Shown here: positions 26,725 through 35,712 of the stretch, piece by piece | Layout of the letters: each line of letters begins with the position of its first letter | How positions within the stretch are numbered: the stretch's first letter is position 1 | Sequence record: PV467749.1 | Length of the DNA stretch: 64,000 nt | Origin: a phage | Strand: one strand, 5' to 3' | The notes under the pieces: model-generated | Databases searched by the model: none | The model's input: the letters and a program-made list of their open reading frames with translations, nothing else | What the model was told of the DNA's origin: nothing | Position numbers and translations under genes: made by a program

Positions 26725-27756
26725 TTATAGTGATCTGTAAATTTGGATTAGAAGATTTTTATCGAACATAGGTGAATCAATTTCCATGATTTGTTGTAAC
26801 ACAATCTCATCAACTGACTCAGTACTTTCAAAGCTTTCACCATCTTCAATAAGTTCTTTGATACTTTGCTTGCTAGTAACAACGTTAAACTCACGAATGT
26901 TATAAAGTTTAGTAAAAGTATCACGAATAAAACTAATCTCATCAGTAGTGATAGCAATATCAACTTGAACCTTTGAAATAGTATTGTCTTGAAGATAATA
27001 ACTTGGATCTGTTAATAGTTCTGAAAGTGTAAATGTTCTATATTTTGGTGCTTCTGACCAAGAATGGAAAGTTGGTTCTTTACCATGTTCTAAAATCATC
27101 ACACCTCTTGCATCATCCCATGTATCAGAAAAGTTATGTGGGAAACAGTTACCTGTGTAAATTACACGAGTTCCTTTGGATGTTGTTTTTGCTTGTCTCT
27201 TGTGGAAATGCCCACTAAAAACATACTCACAACCACCAAAAGAACCTTCAGTCTCTTTACCATGATCTGGCATCTCAACCATTTTATTGAGCAAGTAGCC
27301 AGGTAACTCTAAGTGACCAAAAACATACTTACTTTTAAGTTGAGGTAGAACTTTGTATTCATCTTCAATCATAAATGGAATGAAAGTACAATCATCAAAT
27401 GTTGTGATTTCATTAATGAACTCGATGTTCTCATAAACTTGTGCCATATTAATACTAGTAATGTCACGTTTATTTTTATGATACATGTCATGGTTCCCAA
27501 CTAAGAAGTAAACCTTATCAAAGTTGTCATTTAGTAATTGTAGAATTTGTAAACCATAGTTTAATGTTTGAATGTTAATATTACTGCGGTTATGGAAGTA
27601 ATCTCCCATAAACACGCATACAGTAATACCATTTTTCTTAGCAAGTTCAATCATAAACTTGATGAAGTTCAAACAATCTTCGTTGTGCTGCTTGCTGTTA
27701 TTCTTTAATCCTAAATGAATATCAGTAAATGTAATTGCTTTATCAAATAGAGCCAT
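26725..27756 (-). CDS. recombination/repair nuclease subunit, SbcD/Mre11-like phosphoesterase (T4 gp47-like)
   Basis: N-terminal FTDIHLG and GDYFH, GNHD phosphoesterase motifs; start moved from TTG to ATG (MALFDK) with AAAGGAAA RBS. Confidence 0.9.
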   Translation of the reverse strand: MALFDKAITFTDIHLGLKNNSKQHNEDCLNFIKFMIELAKKNGITVCVFMGDYFHNRSNINIQTLNYGLQILQLLNDNFDKVYFLVGNHDMYHKNKRDITSINMAQVYENIEFINEITTFDDCTFIPFMIEDEYKVLPQLKSKYVFGHLELPGYLLNKMVEMPDHGKETEGSFGGCEYVFSGHFHKRQAKTTSKGTRVIYTGNCFPHNFSDTWDDARGVMILEHGKEPTFHSWSEAPKYRTFTLSELLTDPSYYLQDNTISKVQVDIAITTDEISFIRDTFTKLYNIREFNVVTSKQSIKELIEDGESFESTESVDEIVLQQIMEIDSPMFDKNLLIQIYRSL

Positions 27757-28582
27757 CTTCGTTTTTCCTTTCAATCATGTTCATTTCAATTTCGATTTGA
27801 CGAGTGTGTGATGGTGTAAAACCATGCATCTCAAGTAAATCGTCTCGGATGTTACGAACATTTTTCTCACTATTAAGAATCGAACGGAAACTATTGTTAA
27901 CGAACGAAGTATAGTAAGAGAAAGGATTCAACTGTACTGCTGGTTTATCTTTTTTGTAAAGAATACTCTCTTTAAAGAGAAGTGCGTTTTTAACTAATTG
28001 TATTCTGGCATCACCCATCATTTCATCCAAATATGTATAGTTTCTATAGTTGGATTTGTGTGAGATTTCCTCTGCCAGTTTAATGAACATTTTACCTAGT
28101 TCATTAGTGATTTTACCATGAACAGTGCTGAATTCTCCGTCTTCAAGATCACCTTTCCAGTGAGAACGAACGACTTCGTACAGAATACCTTCTTCATCTA
28201 CAATGTAATGTTTGAATGGTTCAAAATTAACTCTTGTATCTGCTGGGATATGTTCATCGGTAATTACACGAATAACCACCTCATCGATAGGTACATCAGT
28301 CAGTACTAAATTGTGCTCATCTGCGTATTCCTTCGCTTTCTTCGCACTCATACCTTCTTTTTCACGAATTGCATCAAGCATTTCATTGTTGAGACGTTTA
28401 ATACGTGCTGCTTTAGCTTTATCTAAAAGTTCTGCTGTGATTTCGGATTCATCAAAAACGATATAATCGTACATACTGTAGCACTTATCAAGTAACCAGC
28501 AATATGAGATTTTACTTTTTTGTATCTCACGAAGTAAATCAGCATTGTTAAGATACTTTTTACGCTTCGGCCTATTTGTCAT
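27743..28582 (-). CDS. late-transcription sigma factor (T4 gp55-like) with large internal insertion
   Basis: KYLNNADLLREIQKSK vs T4 gp55 KYNYVNNKELLQAIIDWK; NPFSYYTSFVNNSFRSILNSEKN vs [23 protein letters not shown]; start at ATG (MTNRPKRKK) with GGAGAG RBS. Confidence 0.8.
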   Translation of the reverse strand: MTNRPKRKKYLNNADLLREIQKSKISYCWLLDKCYSMYDYIVFDESEITAELLDKAKAARIKRLNNEMLDAIREKEGMSAKKAKEYADEHNLVLTDVPIDEVVIRVITDEHIPADTRVNFEPFKHYIVDEEGILYEVVRSHWKGDLEDGEFSTVHGKITNELGKMFIKLAEEISHKSNYRNYTYLDEMMGDARIQLVKNALLFKESILYKKDKPAVQLNPFSYYTSFVNNSFRSILNSEKNVRNIRDDLLEMHGFTPSHTRQIEIEMNMIERKNEDGSI

Positions 28583-28639
28583 TATTTCAACTCTCCATGT
28601 TTTAAATCCAATAGGTACATTCCTTGTACCATCAATGTT

Positions 28640-28668
28640 ATTATAGCACCAAAAACGTCTTTGTCCCA
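28640..28668 (-). promoter_or_regulatory. sigma70-like promoter with extended -10 (TGCTATAAT) upstream of gp55-like gene
   Basis: Minus strand gggacaaagacgtttttggTGCTATAAT; same GTGCTATAAT -10 context as rnh promoter. Confidence 0.45.
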
Positions 28669-28670
28669 CG

Positions 28671-28678
28671 TATAAATA
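28671..28678 (+). promoter_or_regulatory. T4-type late promoter TATAAATA for baseplate operon
   Basis: cacgTATAAATAcatc about 35 nt upstream of ATG 28714; divergent from gp55 promoter. Confidence 0.65.
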
Positions 28679-28713
28679 CATCAAATGTTCCCTTCTTATG
28701 GAGAATCAAAAAG

Positions 28714-29445
28714 ATGATTGATCGTAGAATCCGATTAAGACCTAAAACCGCAGGTGCTAACTATGTGTATGGTGATTTTGGCAACAGTTCAGAGCCAACA
28801 TTGCTGTCGTTTCTGCGTCCAACAAATGGTTTGGTTTGGACTGTAACCCCAACTGTAACTGAACAAAGGTCGGTTCAATATGAAACACAGTCCCCTATAC
28901 ATACTAACAGTAACTACAACAACTACAAGAATACAACAAACACAATTTTCACTATCCAAGGTGAGTTTTATGCAAACACTGCTGCTGAAGCAATGTATGC
29001 ATTGGCTTGTGTTCATTTTATTCGTTCCGTGTCCTTAATGGACTTTGGTCGTCAAGCAGCATCTGCTAATAATCCCGAACTAGCAATTGCAGGTGCACCA
29101 CCGCCAATTTTACTATTAAGTGGGTATGGTCGTTATACATATAATGATATTCCTGTTATTTTGAAAGCATATAATTTTACATATCCAAATGATGTTTCTT
29201 ACATTCAGGTTCCATTGAATAGTAGTGATAGTACTTTTAATTTATCTGATATGGATAGTCGTCAATTCTTCGAACAGCTTAGAAGTACTGGATATATGAA
29301 TCCACAAGATGAGGTATGGGTTCCACAGAAAATATCTGTAATGCTTCAACTTGAAGAACAACCAACATCTGATTACATGACTAAAAAGTTCAACCTAAAT
29401 GCATTTAAGCGTGGTGAACTATTACGTAATGGAGGATTTATCTAA
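28714..29445 (+). CDS. putative baseplate protein
   Basis: Start at ATG (MIDRRIRL); TATAAATA about 35 nt upstream; first gene of baseplate operon; family not determined. Confidence 0.6.
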   Translation: MIDRRIRLRPKTAGANYVYGDFGNSSEPTLLSFLRPTNGLVWTVTPTVTEQRSVQYETQSPIHTNSNYNNYKNTTNTIFTIQGEFYANTAAEAMYALACVHFIRSVSLMDFGRQAASANNPELAIAGAPPPILLLSGYGRYTYNDIPVILKAYNFTYPNDVSYIQVPLNSSDSTFNLSDMDSRQFFEQLRSTGYMNPQDEVWVPQKISVMLQLEEQPTSDYMTKKFNLNAFKRGELLRNGGFI

Positions 29446-29759
29446 TGTCCAATTATAGTCAATACTCTCCTTATGCAAAGGTTAAACAAACGTGGTATCT
29501 TGGTTACAATTTACCACGTGATATGGTTCCTGCTGATACTGACGACTTCTATGTAATTCCATTGAAGTATGAGCATCAACCTTGGCGTTTAGCATACGAA
29601 ATGTATGGTAATGAACGTCTGTATTATGTATTTGCCCTATTGAATCCTGATATATTAGGAGAAGACCCAATATACAATTTTAATAGTGGTATCACAATTC
29701 GTGTTCCCTCAAATCAACGAGTGCAAAACTATTTGAACGGTACTCGTAACATAGGTTAA
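29445..29759 (+). CDS. hypothetical small baseplate-operon protein
   Basis: ATG overlapping upstream stop; 104 aa. Confidence 0.55.
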   Translation: MSNYSQYSPYAKVKQTWYLGYNLPRDMVPADTDDFYVIPLKYEHQPWRLAYEMYGNERLYYVFALLNPDILGEDPIYNFNSGITIRVPSNQRVQNYLNGTRNIG

Positions 29760-29770
29760 TGGAGTAAAGT

Positions 29771-32026
29771 ATGGCAGATTTACAAAGTTCTGTTGATAAT
29801 TTTAAAAATGATATTTCAAACATCACAAGTTCTGCAAAGGCAGCAAAAGAAACTGCAACAAGTACTATTGAAAGCTTAAAAGCCACTGCTAATACTTTGC
29901 AAAATGATCTTGAAAAAGTAAAAAACAATTTTAAAGCTAAGGTTAGTAACGTACAGTCTTTACCAAAGCAAAGTGCAAGCGTTGACCAAGTGTATGAAGA
30001 CTTGGATCTAAGTGAGTTTGTTATTCCTTATGACAATAAATTGTTAAAGTATGACAATCCAACTTGGCACTTTTCCCTTTTCGCATTAGACAAGGATGAT
30101 TTCAAAAACTTCTGGCTTTACCCAGATGCTGAAGTTCAACGTCATGTCATCTCTGAAAGTGGTGTAACTGGAAAGTATAATATCACAAGTGTTCAGATGA
30201 CACAAGCTGGTCCTTCAACTCCAGGGATGACAACCAACTATTGCTTCAACACAGCAGTACTGAACCTTTCAGAAAACAATAGTATGAGTTTATATGATGA
30301 ACTAATTTCTTTAAGTAATAAACTAAGGTATCATAAGTTCATGGACTTACCTTTGATATTAGAATTGAAATTTATTGGATTCAATACTAATGGTGTACCT
30401 GAAACTATACCAGAAACAACTCGTAGATGGTCCGTGAAGATTAACAGTGTTACCGCTAGTGCATCACAAAGTGGTAGTACTATGCTGTATTCTATGAGTC
30501 TTGTTCATAACCGTGCGGCTCTAGTGGATAATGTGGAATGGACTCTTAAAGAACCATTTACCTGCACAGCAGAAAACTTTGGTGATTTTTGTTTTGATTT
30601 GGAAGATAAATTGAATCAAATGGCAGACCAGCAATATGGTTATTTGCGTTATAAATTTGGTGAGTTAGCAGAAGGGAAGTTCTTTGAATTCAAAGTTGCA
30701 CCAGATTTACAGGATTTGTTTATAAACTATGATTCTAAACAGATGGCAGAAGCTGGAGCTACAAAAAGTGGTGCACAGGGTTCTAAAAACTTTTCATGGA
30801 ATCCAAGTACTCCAATTTCTCGAATTATCGATGACGTAATAGATACCTGTACTGTACAGGCTGATGATAGTACTAGTGTTCGTCAATTTGTTAATATAAT
30901 CCCACTTAAACAGTATGTTGGATTTGATAATTACCGAAACACGTCAGTTTATAAAGTTGTTTTCTATATAGTTCGTTTTAAAATTGGTGATATTGTTCAT
31001 GAATCCGATTTACAGCCAGAAAACTTTACATTTGAGTATTTCTTTGAAAATGCCGAGAAATATGTAGACCCAAATGACCAAAAACCAAAGATTAACATGA
31101 AAACTTACAATTATCAGTTTAGTGGACTCAATAGTGAGATTCTAGACCTTGATTTGAAGTTTGATCAGCAATTCTTTGTAGCTACAACTCGTAACCCTGG
31201 TCCAATACAGGACGTTGCGAACCATGCTGGTACACACACATCACAAGAATTGAATATCCAAGGTGTTCAGTACAACAGTATACCAGATGCGTGGGCAAAA
31301 ACAAGTGATTTACGCGTCACACGTGATCTTGGTGGTATATTAACACAGGCACAAGAGCAACTTTTAAATCGAGTAGAAACTTTAGCAAGAGAACAAATGC
31401 AGGTTGGTAATGCTGAAGAACAGGATCGTTATAATAACTATCAAGTAAACGTTCTACCACAGTATATTGAAGATTATGTAACCACATATGAAGAAAATGA
31501 CGGTGGAACCGATGGAATTGGTCATCGATATGGTGAAGTATTCACAATGCCAACTGAAGCAACCAATAATGAAACAACATTATCTGCATCATTGAACGAT
31601 AACAGTAGTACATATGAAATGGACCGCCGTAAAATTCGTGACAACTATTACAATCGTCCATTCTTGTGTAAATTGGATATGCGTGTAGTTGGTGACCCAT
31701 ATTGGTTAGGTTGGAGTGATTATTCATATATCCAATATCTTGAACAGGTAATTAATGGAGAAGATATGGAAATTAATCCAGAAGATTACCATGTAGCAAA
31801 CTACATTACATCTGAAGCATATCTTTTATTGAAATTACAACCTGTAGTTTCTATAAATGATAACACTGGTGTTCTTGATATTAATACCCCAACTACATTT
31901 AACCAAACTGTTTATCGTGTAAACAAAATTGTTCATGATTTTGGTGCAGGTGGTTCATTTACACAACAAATTCAGGCTGCAATTGTAATTCGTGCACTCA
32001 AACGTCACGATAGTATAATTGAATAA
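29771..32026 (+). CDS. large structural protein with N-terminal coiled coil (baseplate hub region)
   Basis: GGAG RBS; 751 aa; lies directly upstream of gp5-like gene; no motif-level assignment. Confidence 0.7.
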   Translation: MADLQSSVDNFKNDISNITSSAKAAKETATSTIESLKATANTLQNDLEKVKNNFKAKVSNVQSLPKQSASVDQVYEDLDLSEFVIPYDNKLLKYDNPTWHFSLFALDKDDFKNFWLYPDAEVQRHVISESGVTGKYNITSVQMTQAGPSTPGMTTNYCFNTAVLNLSENNSMSLYDELISLSNKLRYHKFMDLPLILELKFIGFNTNGVPETIPETTRRWSVKINSVTASASQSGSTMLYSMSLVHNRAALVDNVEWTLKEPFTCTAENFGDFCFDLEDKLNQMADQQYGYLRYKFGELAEGKFFEFKVAPDLQDLFINYDSKQMAEAGATKSGAQGSKNFSWNPSTPISRIIDDVIDTCTVQADDSTSVRQFVNIIPLKQYVGFDNYRNTSVYKVVFYIVRFKIGDIVHESDLQPENFTFEYFFENAEKYVDPNDQKPKINMKTYNYQFSGLNSEILDLDLKFDQQFFVATTRNPGPIQDVANHAGTHTSQELNIQGVQYNSIPDAWAKTSDLRVTRDLGGILTQAQEQLLNRVETLAREQMQVGNAEEQDRYNNYQVNVLPQYIEDYVTTYEENDGGTDGIGHRYGEVFTMPTEATNNETTLSASLNDNSSTYEMDRRKIRDNYYNRPFLCKLDMRVVGDPYWLGWSDYSYIQYLEQVINGEDMEINPEDYHVANYITSEAYLLLKLQPVVSINDNTGVLDINTPTTFNQTVYRVNKIVHDFGAGGSFTQQIQAAIVIRALKRHDSIIE

Positions 32027-32039
32027 GGAATAATTTAAG

Positions 32040-34703
32040 ATGGCAGATACAAGTAAGAAATATGCCCAACAACAGTTGGGTCGTTTTGACCCTTCGTATC
32101 CACAACTAGCAACCGTGATGGATAACCGTGACCCAACTAAATCCGGTAAGCTAAAAGTGTGGATTCAAGGTTCACAAAGTGATAAAAATTCAAAAGAGTC
32201 ATGGATTGAAGCATCATACATGTCTCCATTCGCTGGTAAAACTCCAGGGATACCAAGTGCTGATGCTTATGGTCAATATCCAAAGGGATATGGTTTTTGG
32301 GCGGTTCCACCTGATGTCGGATGTACTGTTGTTGTTATATTTGCACAAGCAAGAACATTCCAAGCGTATTGGATTGGTTGTGTTTATGACCAACGTATGA
32401 ATACGATGGTTCCTGGGATGGCTACTGAAATAAGCAATTATGCAGGTACTGATATGCCATTACCCGTAACTGATTATGACCGTAATACAATTTCTACCAG
32501 TACTCAAGACAAATATGCAAACGTTCCAATTATTGCAGGTCTGAAAAAACAAAACTTACTTTATGATGAGGAAGCGGGTGTTGCTAACCGTAGTAGTACT
32601 CGCCAGACCACCAGTACTGTTTATGGTCTTTCCTCACCTCGTGGTAACAGTTTTATTATTGATGATGGTTACACAGAAGAAGAATTAACAGCACCTACAT
32701 GGGATCAAGATCCAGATGGTTATCAGGATACCCAATTCAATAACCCAGTGAACGATACTCGTGTTGGTTCTCGTAAAAATGAAGGCGTTGTAATTAAAAC
32801 ACGTAGTGGTGCACAGTTGTTGTTATCTGAAGCCTCTGGTGATGTTCTTTTAATTAACCGTGATGGTACTGCACGTATTAAATTCACTGGTGAAGGTGAT
32901 ATTGAAATGCACTGTGATAAGAATATTAACATTCGTGCAGGTCAAGATATTAACATGGTTGCTGGACGCTCATATAATATTGAAAGTGGAGCAGACTTCA
33001 ATGCTCGTGTTGGTGCAAACACTAAACTAGATTTGGTTGGTGCATTGGATGCTAAAGTTGGTGGTCAGGTTGTTATTAACGCTGGAGCAGATTTACGTTT
33101 AGTAACAGCAGCTTCATTACGTATGCAAAGTGGTAGCAGTACTGATATAACTGCTGGTTCTAATGCGTCAATCTCTGCTGCTACCAGTGCTAATCTTATT
33201 GGTTCTTCATCAGCTATTATTAGTGGTGGTGGTCAAACCCTTACTGTTAACAGTGGTGGTAATAGTGGTACTGCTGAATTTAATGCACCAAACTTCCGCA
33301 CCCCATCTGCTGGCTTGAATGATCATATACATGATATATCGGCTTGGGTTGATGCAGAGAATCACGGCAGTACTGTTGAACCTCCACGTCAAGGTGGTGG
33401 TAGTGGGAATAGTGAATCCCCAGTTCAACCTGAACCTGCTAATGATGTAGCTCCAACTTTAGCTCCAGTACAGGACACTGAAGCAATTCAATATGTAAAT
33501 TATACAACAGAAACAGAACAAGTTCAAACACAAGATTTAATGACTTCTGATCCTAGTATGACTGGTTATAGCATTACTTATGAAGGTCTTCATATGTTCA
33601 TGCCGTGTAGTGGAACCATTCGCCAATACGGTTATTGGGGGAAAGGTGTCCCGACTAGTGGTGGTGGTAAAGCTGATAGAAGTGGCTGGGAAATACAGTG
33701 CAAGGGTGATGTTGTAGCTCCAGATGGCGGTGTAGTTGTTATCACTAATGGTGCTTTATTGGTTCAACATAAGTCTGGATATAAATCTGTATTTTATAAT
33801 ATTCAATCAGATTTGCTCAATAAAGACGTTGTTCAAAAAGGTCAAGTTATCGGTAAAGCTAATGGTGTTATTCAATTTGAAATAAGAGTCACCTCTGCCA
33901 ACGTACTAGGATTTAGTGGTTCTGTTGACCCTGGATTATTCTATGCATCCCAGACTGGTACAGGTTCTGAAGCGGGAAATAAAACATTAATTGCAGGACA
34001 AGCAACGAACCAAGCAGCACCGAAAGCTGTTGTTCAACCTTCTGTTGATAGTGATGAATTAGTTGTAACAACTAAAATTAAAACTATCGGTACTGGGTAT
34101 TCTCAACGTGGTTCTCGTCATGTCCCTCGTCGTAGAAGAACACAACGTTCAGGTGGTACTCCAGCACCTACTGCACAAGAATCATACAATGTGGGTAATG
34201 TTGATAAGACTGCAATTGATTGGAAAGTTGTTCCGGGTGATTCACAATTTATTTCTGAATTGAAAGAATATGAAGGAACAATGGCGTATCAACAAGCTAA
34301 AGGATATTACCGCAATGGTAAATTTTGGAGATATTTGGATAGTCGTGGATTCCCAACTATTGGTTACGGTCACTTGATTGTTGGTGGTGAAAACTTCTCT
34401 GGTGGGATTACCGAACAGGAAGCCAATGATATGTTGGTGCGTGATAGTAGTAAGGCTATATATGACGCAAAATCCATTTACGCTTCTTATAAGATGAAAA
34501 CACCTTACATGGCACAACAAGTTCTATGTCAAATGGTATTCCAGATGGGTAAAGGTGGTGTAATGAAATTTAAGTCAATGCTATCTGAAATGGCTAAAGG
34601 TAACTACAAGCAAGCTGCTGCTCAAATTCGAAATTCAGCTTGGTATCGTCAAACTACACGCCGTGCTGAATTAATGGCACGTAGATTAGAGGCATGTCAA
34701 TAA
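32040..34703 (+). CDS. baseplate hub/puncturing protein (T4 gp5-like) with C-terminal GH24 lysozyme domain
   Basis: N-terminal OB-like region (KLKVWIQG...GCTVVVIFA) resembles gp5 N-domain; beta-helix-like Ser/Gly/Ala repeats; C-terminal CQMVFQMGKGGVMKF...SAWYRQTTRRAELM matches T4 lysozyme INMVFQMGETGVAGF...SRWYNQTPNRAKRV. Confidence 0.9.
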   Translation: MADTSKKYAQQQLGRFDPSYPQLATVMDNRDPTKSGKLKVWIQGSQSDKNSKESWIEASYMSPFAGKTPGIPSADAYGQYPKGYGFWAVPPDVGCTVVVIFAQARTFQAYWIGCVYDQRMNTMVPGMATEISNYAGTDMPLPVTDYDRNTISTSTQDKYANVPIIAGLKKQNLLYDEEAGVANRSSTRQTTSTVYGLSSPRGNSFIIDDGYTEEELTAPTWDQDPDGYQDTQFNNPVNDTRVGSRKNEGVVIKTRSGAQLLLSEASGDVLLINRDGTARIKFTGEGDIEMHCDKNINIRAGQDINMVAGRSYNIESGADFNARVGANTKLDLVGALDAKVGGQVVINAGADLRLVTAASLRMQSGSSTDITAGSNASISAATSANLIGSSSAIISGGGQTLTVNSGGNSGTAEFNAPNFRTPSAGLNDHIHDISAWVDAENHGSTVEPPRQGGGSGNSESPVQPEPANDVAPTLAPVQDTEAIQYVNYTTETEQVQTQDLMTSDPSMTGYSITYEGLHMFMPCSGTIRQYGYWGKGVPTSGGGKADRSGWEIQCKGDVVAPDGGVVVITNGALLVQHKSGYKSVFYNIQSDLLNKDVVQKGQVIGKANGVIQFEIRVTSANVLGFSGSVDPGLFYASQTGTGSEAGNKTLIAGQATNQAAPKAVVQPSVDSDELVVTTKIKTIGTGYSQRGSRHVPRRRRTQRSGGTPAPTAQESYNVGNVDKTAIDWKVVPGDSQFISELKEYEGTMAYQQAKGYYRNGKFWRYLDSRGFPTIGYGHLIVGGENFSGGITEQEANDMLVRDSSKAIYDAKSIYASYKMKTPYMAQQVLCQMVFQMGKGGVMKFKSMLSEMAKGNYKQAAAQIRNSAWYRQTTRRAELMARRLEACQ

Positions 34704-34716
34704 ATATTTCAGTACT

Positions 34717-34724
34717 ATAAATAA
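34717..34724 (+). promoter_or_regulatory. T4-type late promoter TATAAATA for endolysin
   Basis: atttcagtacTATAAATAataatgagg about 17 nt upstream of ATG 34741. Confidence 0.7.
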
Positions 34725-34740
34725 TAATGAGGAAATCTTT

Positions 34741-35229
34741 ATGAGTAAATGGGAAATCAAAAATACCGACGAACAATTTTTTAAAGAAATTAAAGAATTT
34801 GAAGGTACTATTGCGTATCAGAAAAAACTTGGTTATTTTAAAAATGATAAGTTTTGGGTATATAAAGACAGTCTAGGTCTTGATACCATTGGTTACGGTC
34901 ACCTTGTACTTAAGGGTGAAAGTTTCAAAAATGGACTCACTGAAGCAGAAGCTGATGCTCTCCTTATAAAAGATGCTCAGACCGCTTACAATGACGCAAA
35001 ATCAATCTATGATCAATTTGGAATGACTGCTCCAGTACAGGTTCAGCGTGTATTGTGGTTTATGGTGTTCCAAATGGGTAAATCAAAAGTTTTAAATTTC
35101 AAAAAAGCGATGGCTGCTCTCGGTCGTGGTGATTATAAAACTGCTGGTAAAGAAATGCGTGATAGTTCGTGGTACAAACAAACCACATCCAGAGCGGAGA
35201 AGATGGCTCGCATCGTCGAATCCGTATAA
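34741..35229 (+). CDS. endolysin, T4-lysozyme-like (GH24)
   Basis: EFEG...DTIGYGH...WFMVFQMGKSKVLNF...SSWYKQTTSRAEKM; RBS GAGGA; TATAAATA about 17 nt upstream of ATG. Confidence 0.9.
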   Translation: MSKWEIKNTDEQFFKEIKEFEGTIAYQKKLGYFKNDKFWVYKDSLGLDTIGYGHLVLKGESFKNGLTEAEADALLIKDAQTAYNDAKSIYDQFGMTAPVQVQRVLWFMVFQMGKSKVLNFKKAMAALGRGDYKTAGKEMRDSSWYKQTTSRAEKMARIVESV

Positions 35230-35244
35230 TAAAGGAAACACATA

Positions 35245-35640
35245 ATGGCAATTGTTTTTAAAGGTTTTTCAACTCCAGTAGTTGGAAGAACTGAAACATT
35301 GTATGACAGTGAATTGGTTCGTCAGGATTTAATGAATCATTTCAATACAAAAAAAGGTGAACGTGCATTTGATGCTGATTATGGGTTCATTGCGTGGGAT
35401 TTGCTATTTGAATTGGATGGTTATAATACAATCAACCTTTTGGAAGCAGATGCCCGTAGAATTATTAGCTTGGACCCACGTTTAAGCTTAAAGAAACTTC
35501 AAATATCAAGAATTGAGTACGGTTATCAGATGGATATAGTACTTGAATATGTTGTTCTCAATACTCTTGAAGAATTAACTATAGTTTTTGATGCAAGAAG
35601 TAACAACAGAATGGCTACCTATTCTGTATCATCTTTGTAA
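35245..35640 (+). CDS. baseplate wedge protein (T4 gp25-like)
   Basis: GERAFDADYGFIAWDLLFE vs T4 gp25 GSRPFDPEFGCDLSDQLFE; 131 aa; terminator downstream. Confidence 0.85.
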   Translation: MAIVFKGFSTPVVGRTETLYDSELVRQDLMNHFNTKKGERAFDADYGFIAWDLLFELDGYNTINLLEADARRIISLDPRLSLKKLQISRIEYGYQMDIVLEYVVLNTLEELTIVFDARSNNRMATYSVSSL

Positions 35641-35645
35641 ATTAT

Positions 35646-35675
35646 AAAAGCACTCTTCGGGGTGCTTTTCTTTTT
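35646..35675 (+). terminator. intrinsic terminator after gp25-like gene
   Basis: AAAAGCACTC-TTCG-GGGTGCTTTT with UUCG-type tetraloop, then T-run. Confidence 0.8.
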
Positions 35676-35712
35676 GGATAAATATTTCTATATATAATTT
35701 ATAGGATGATGT

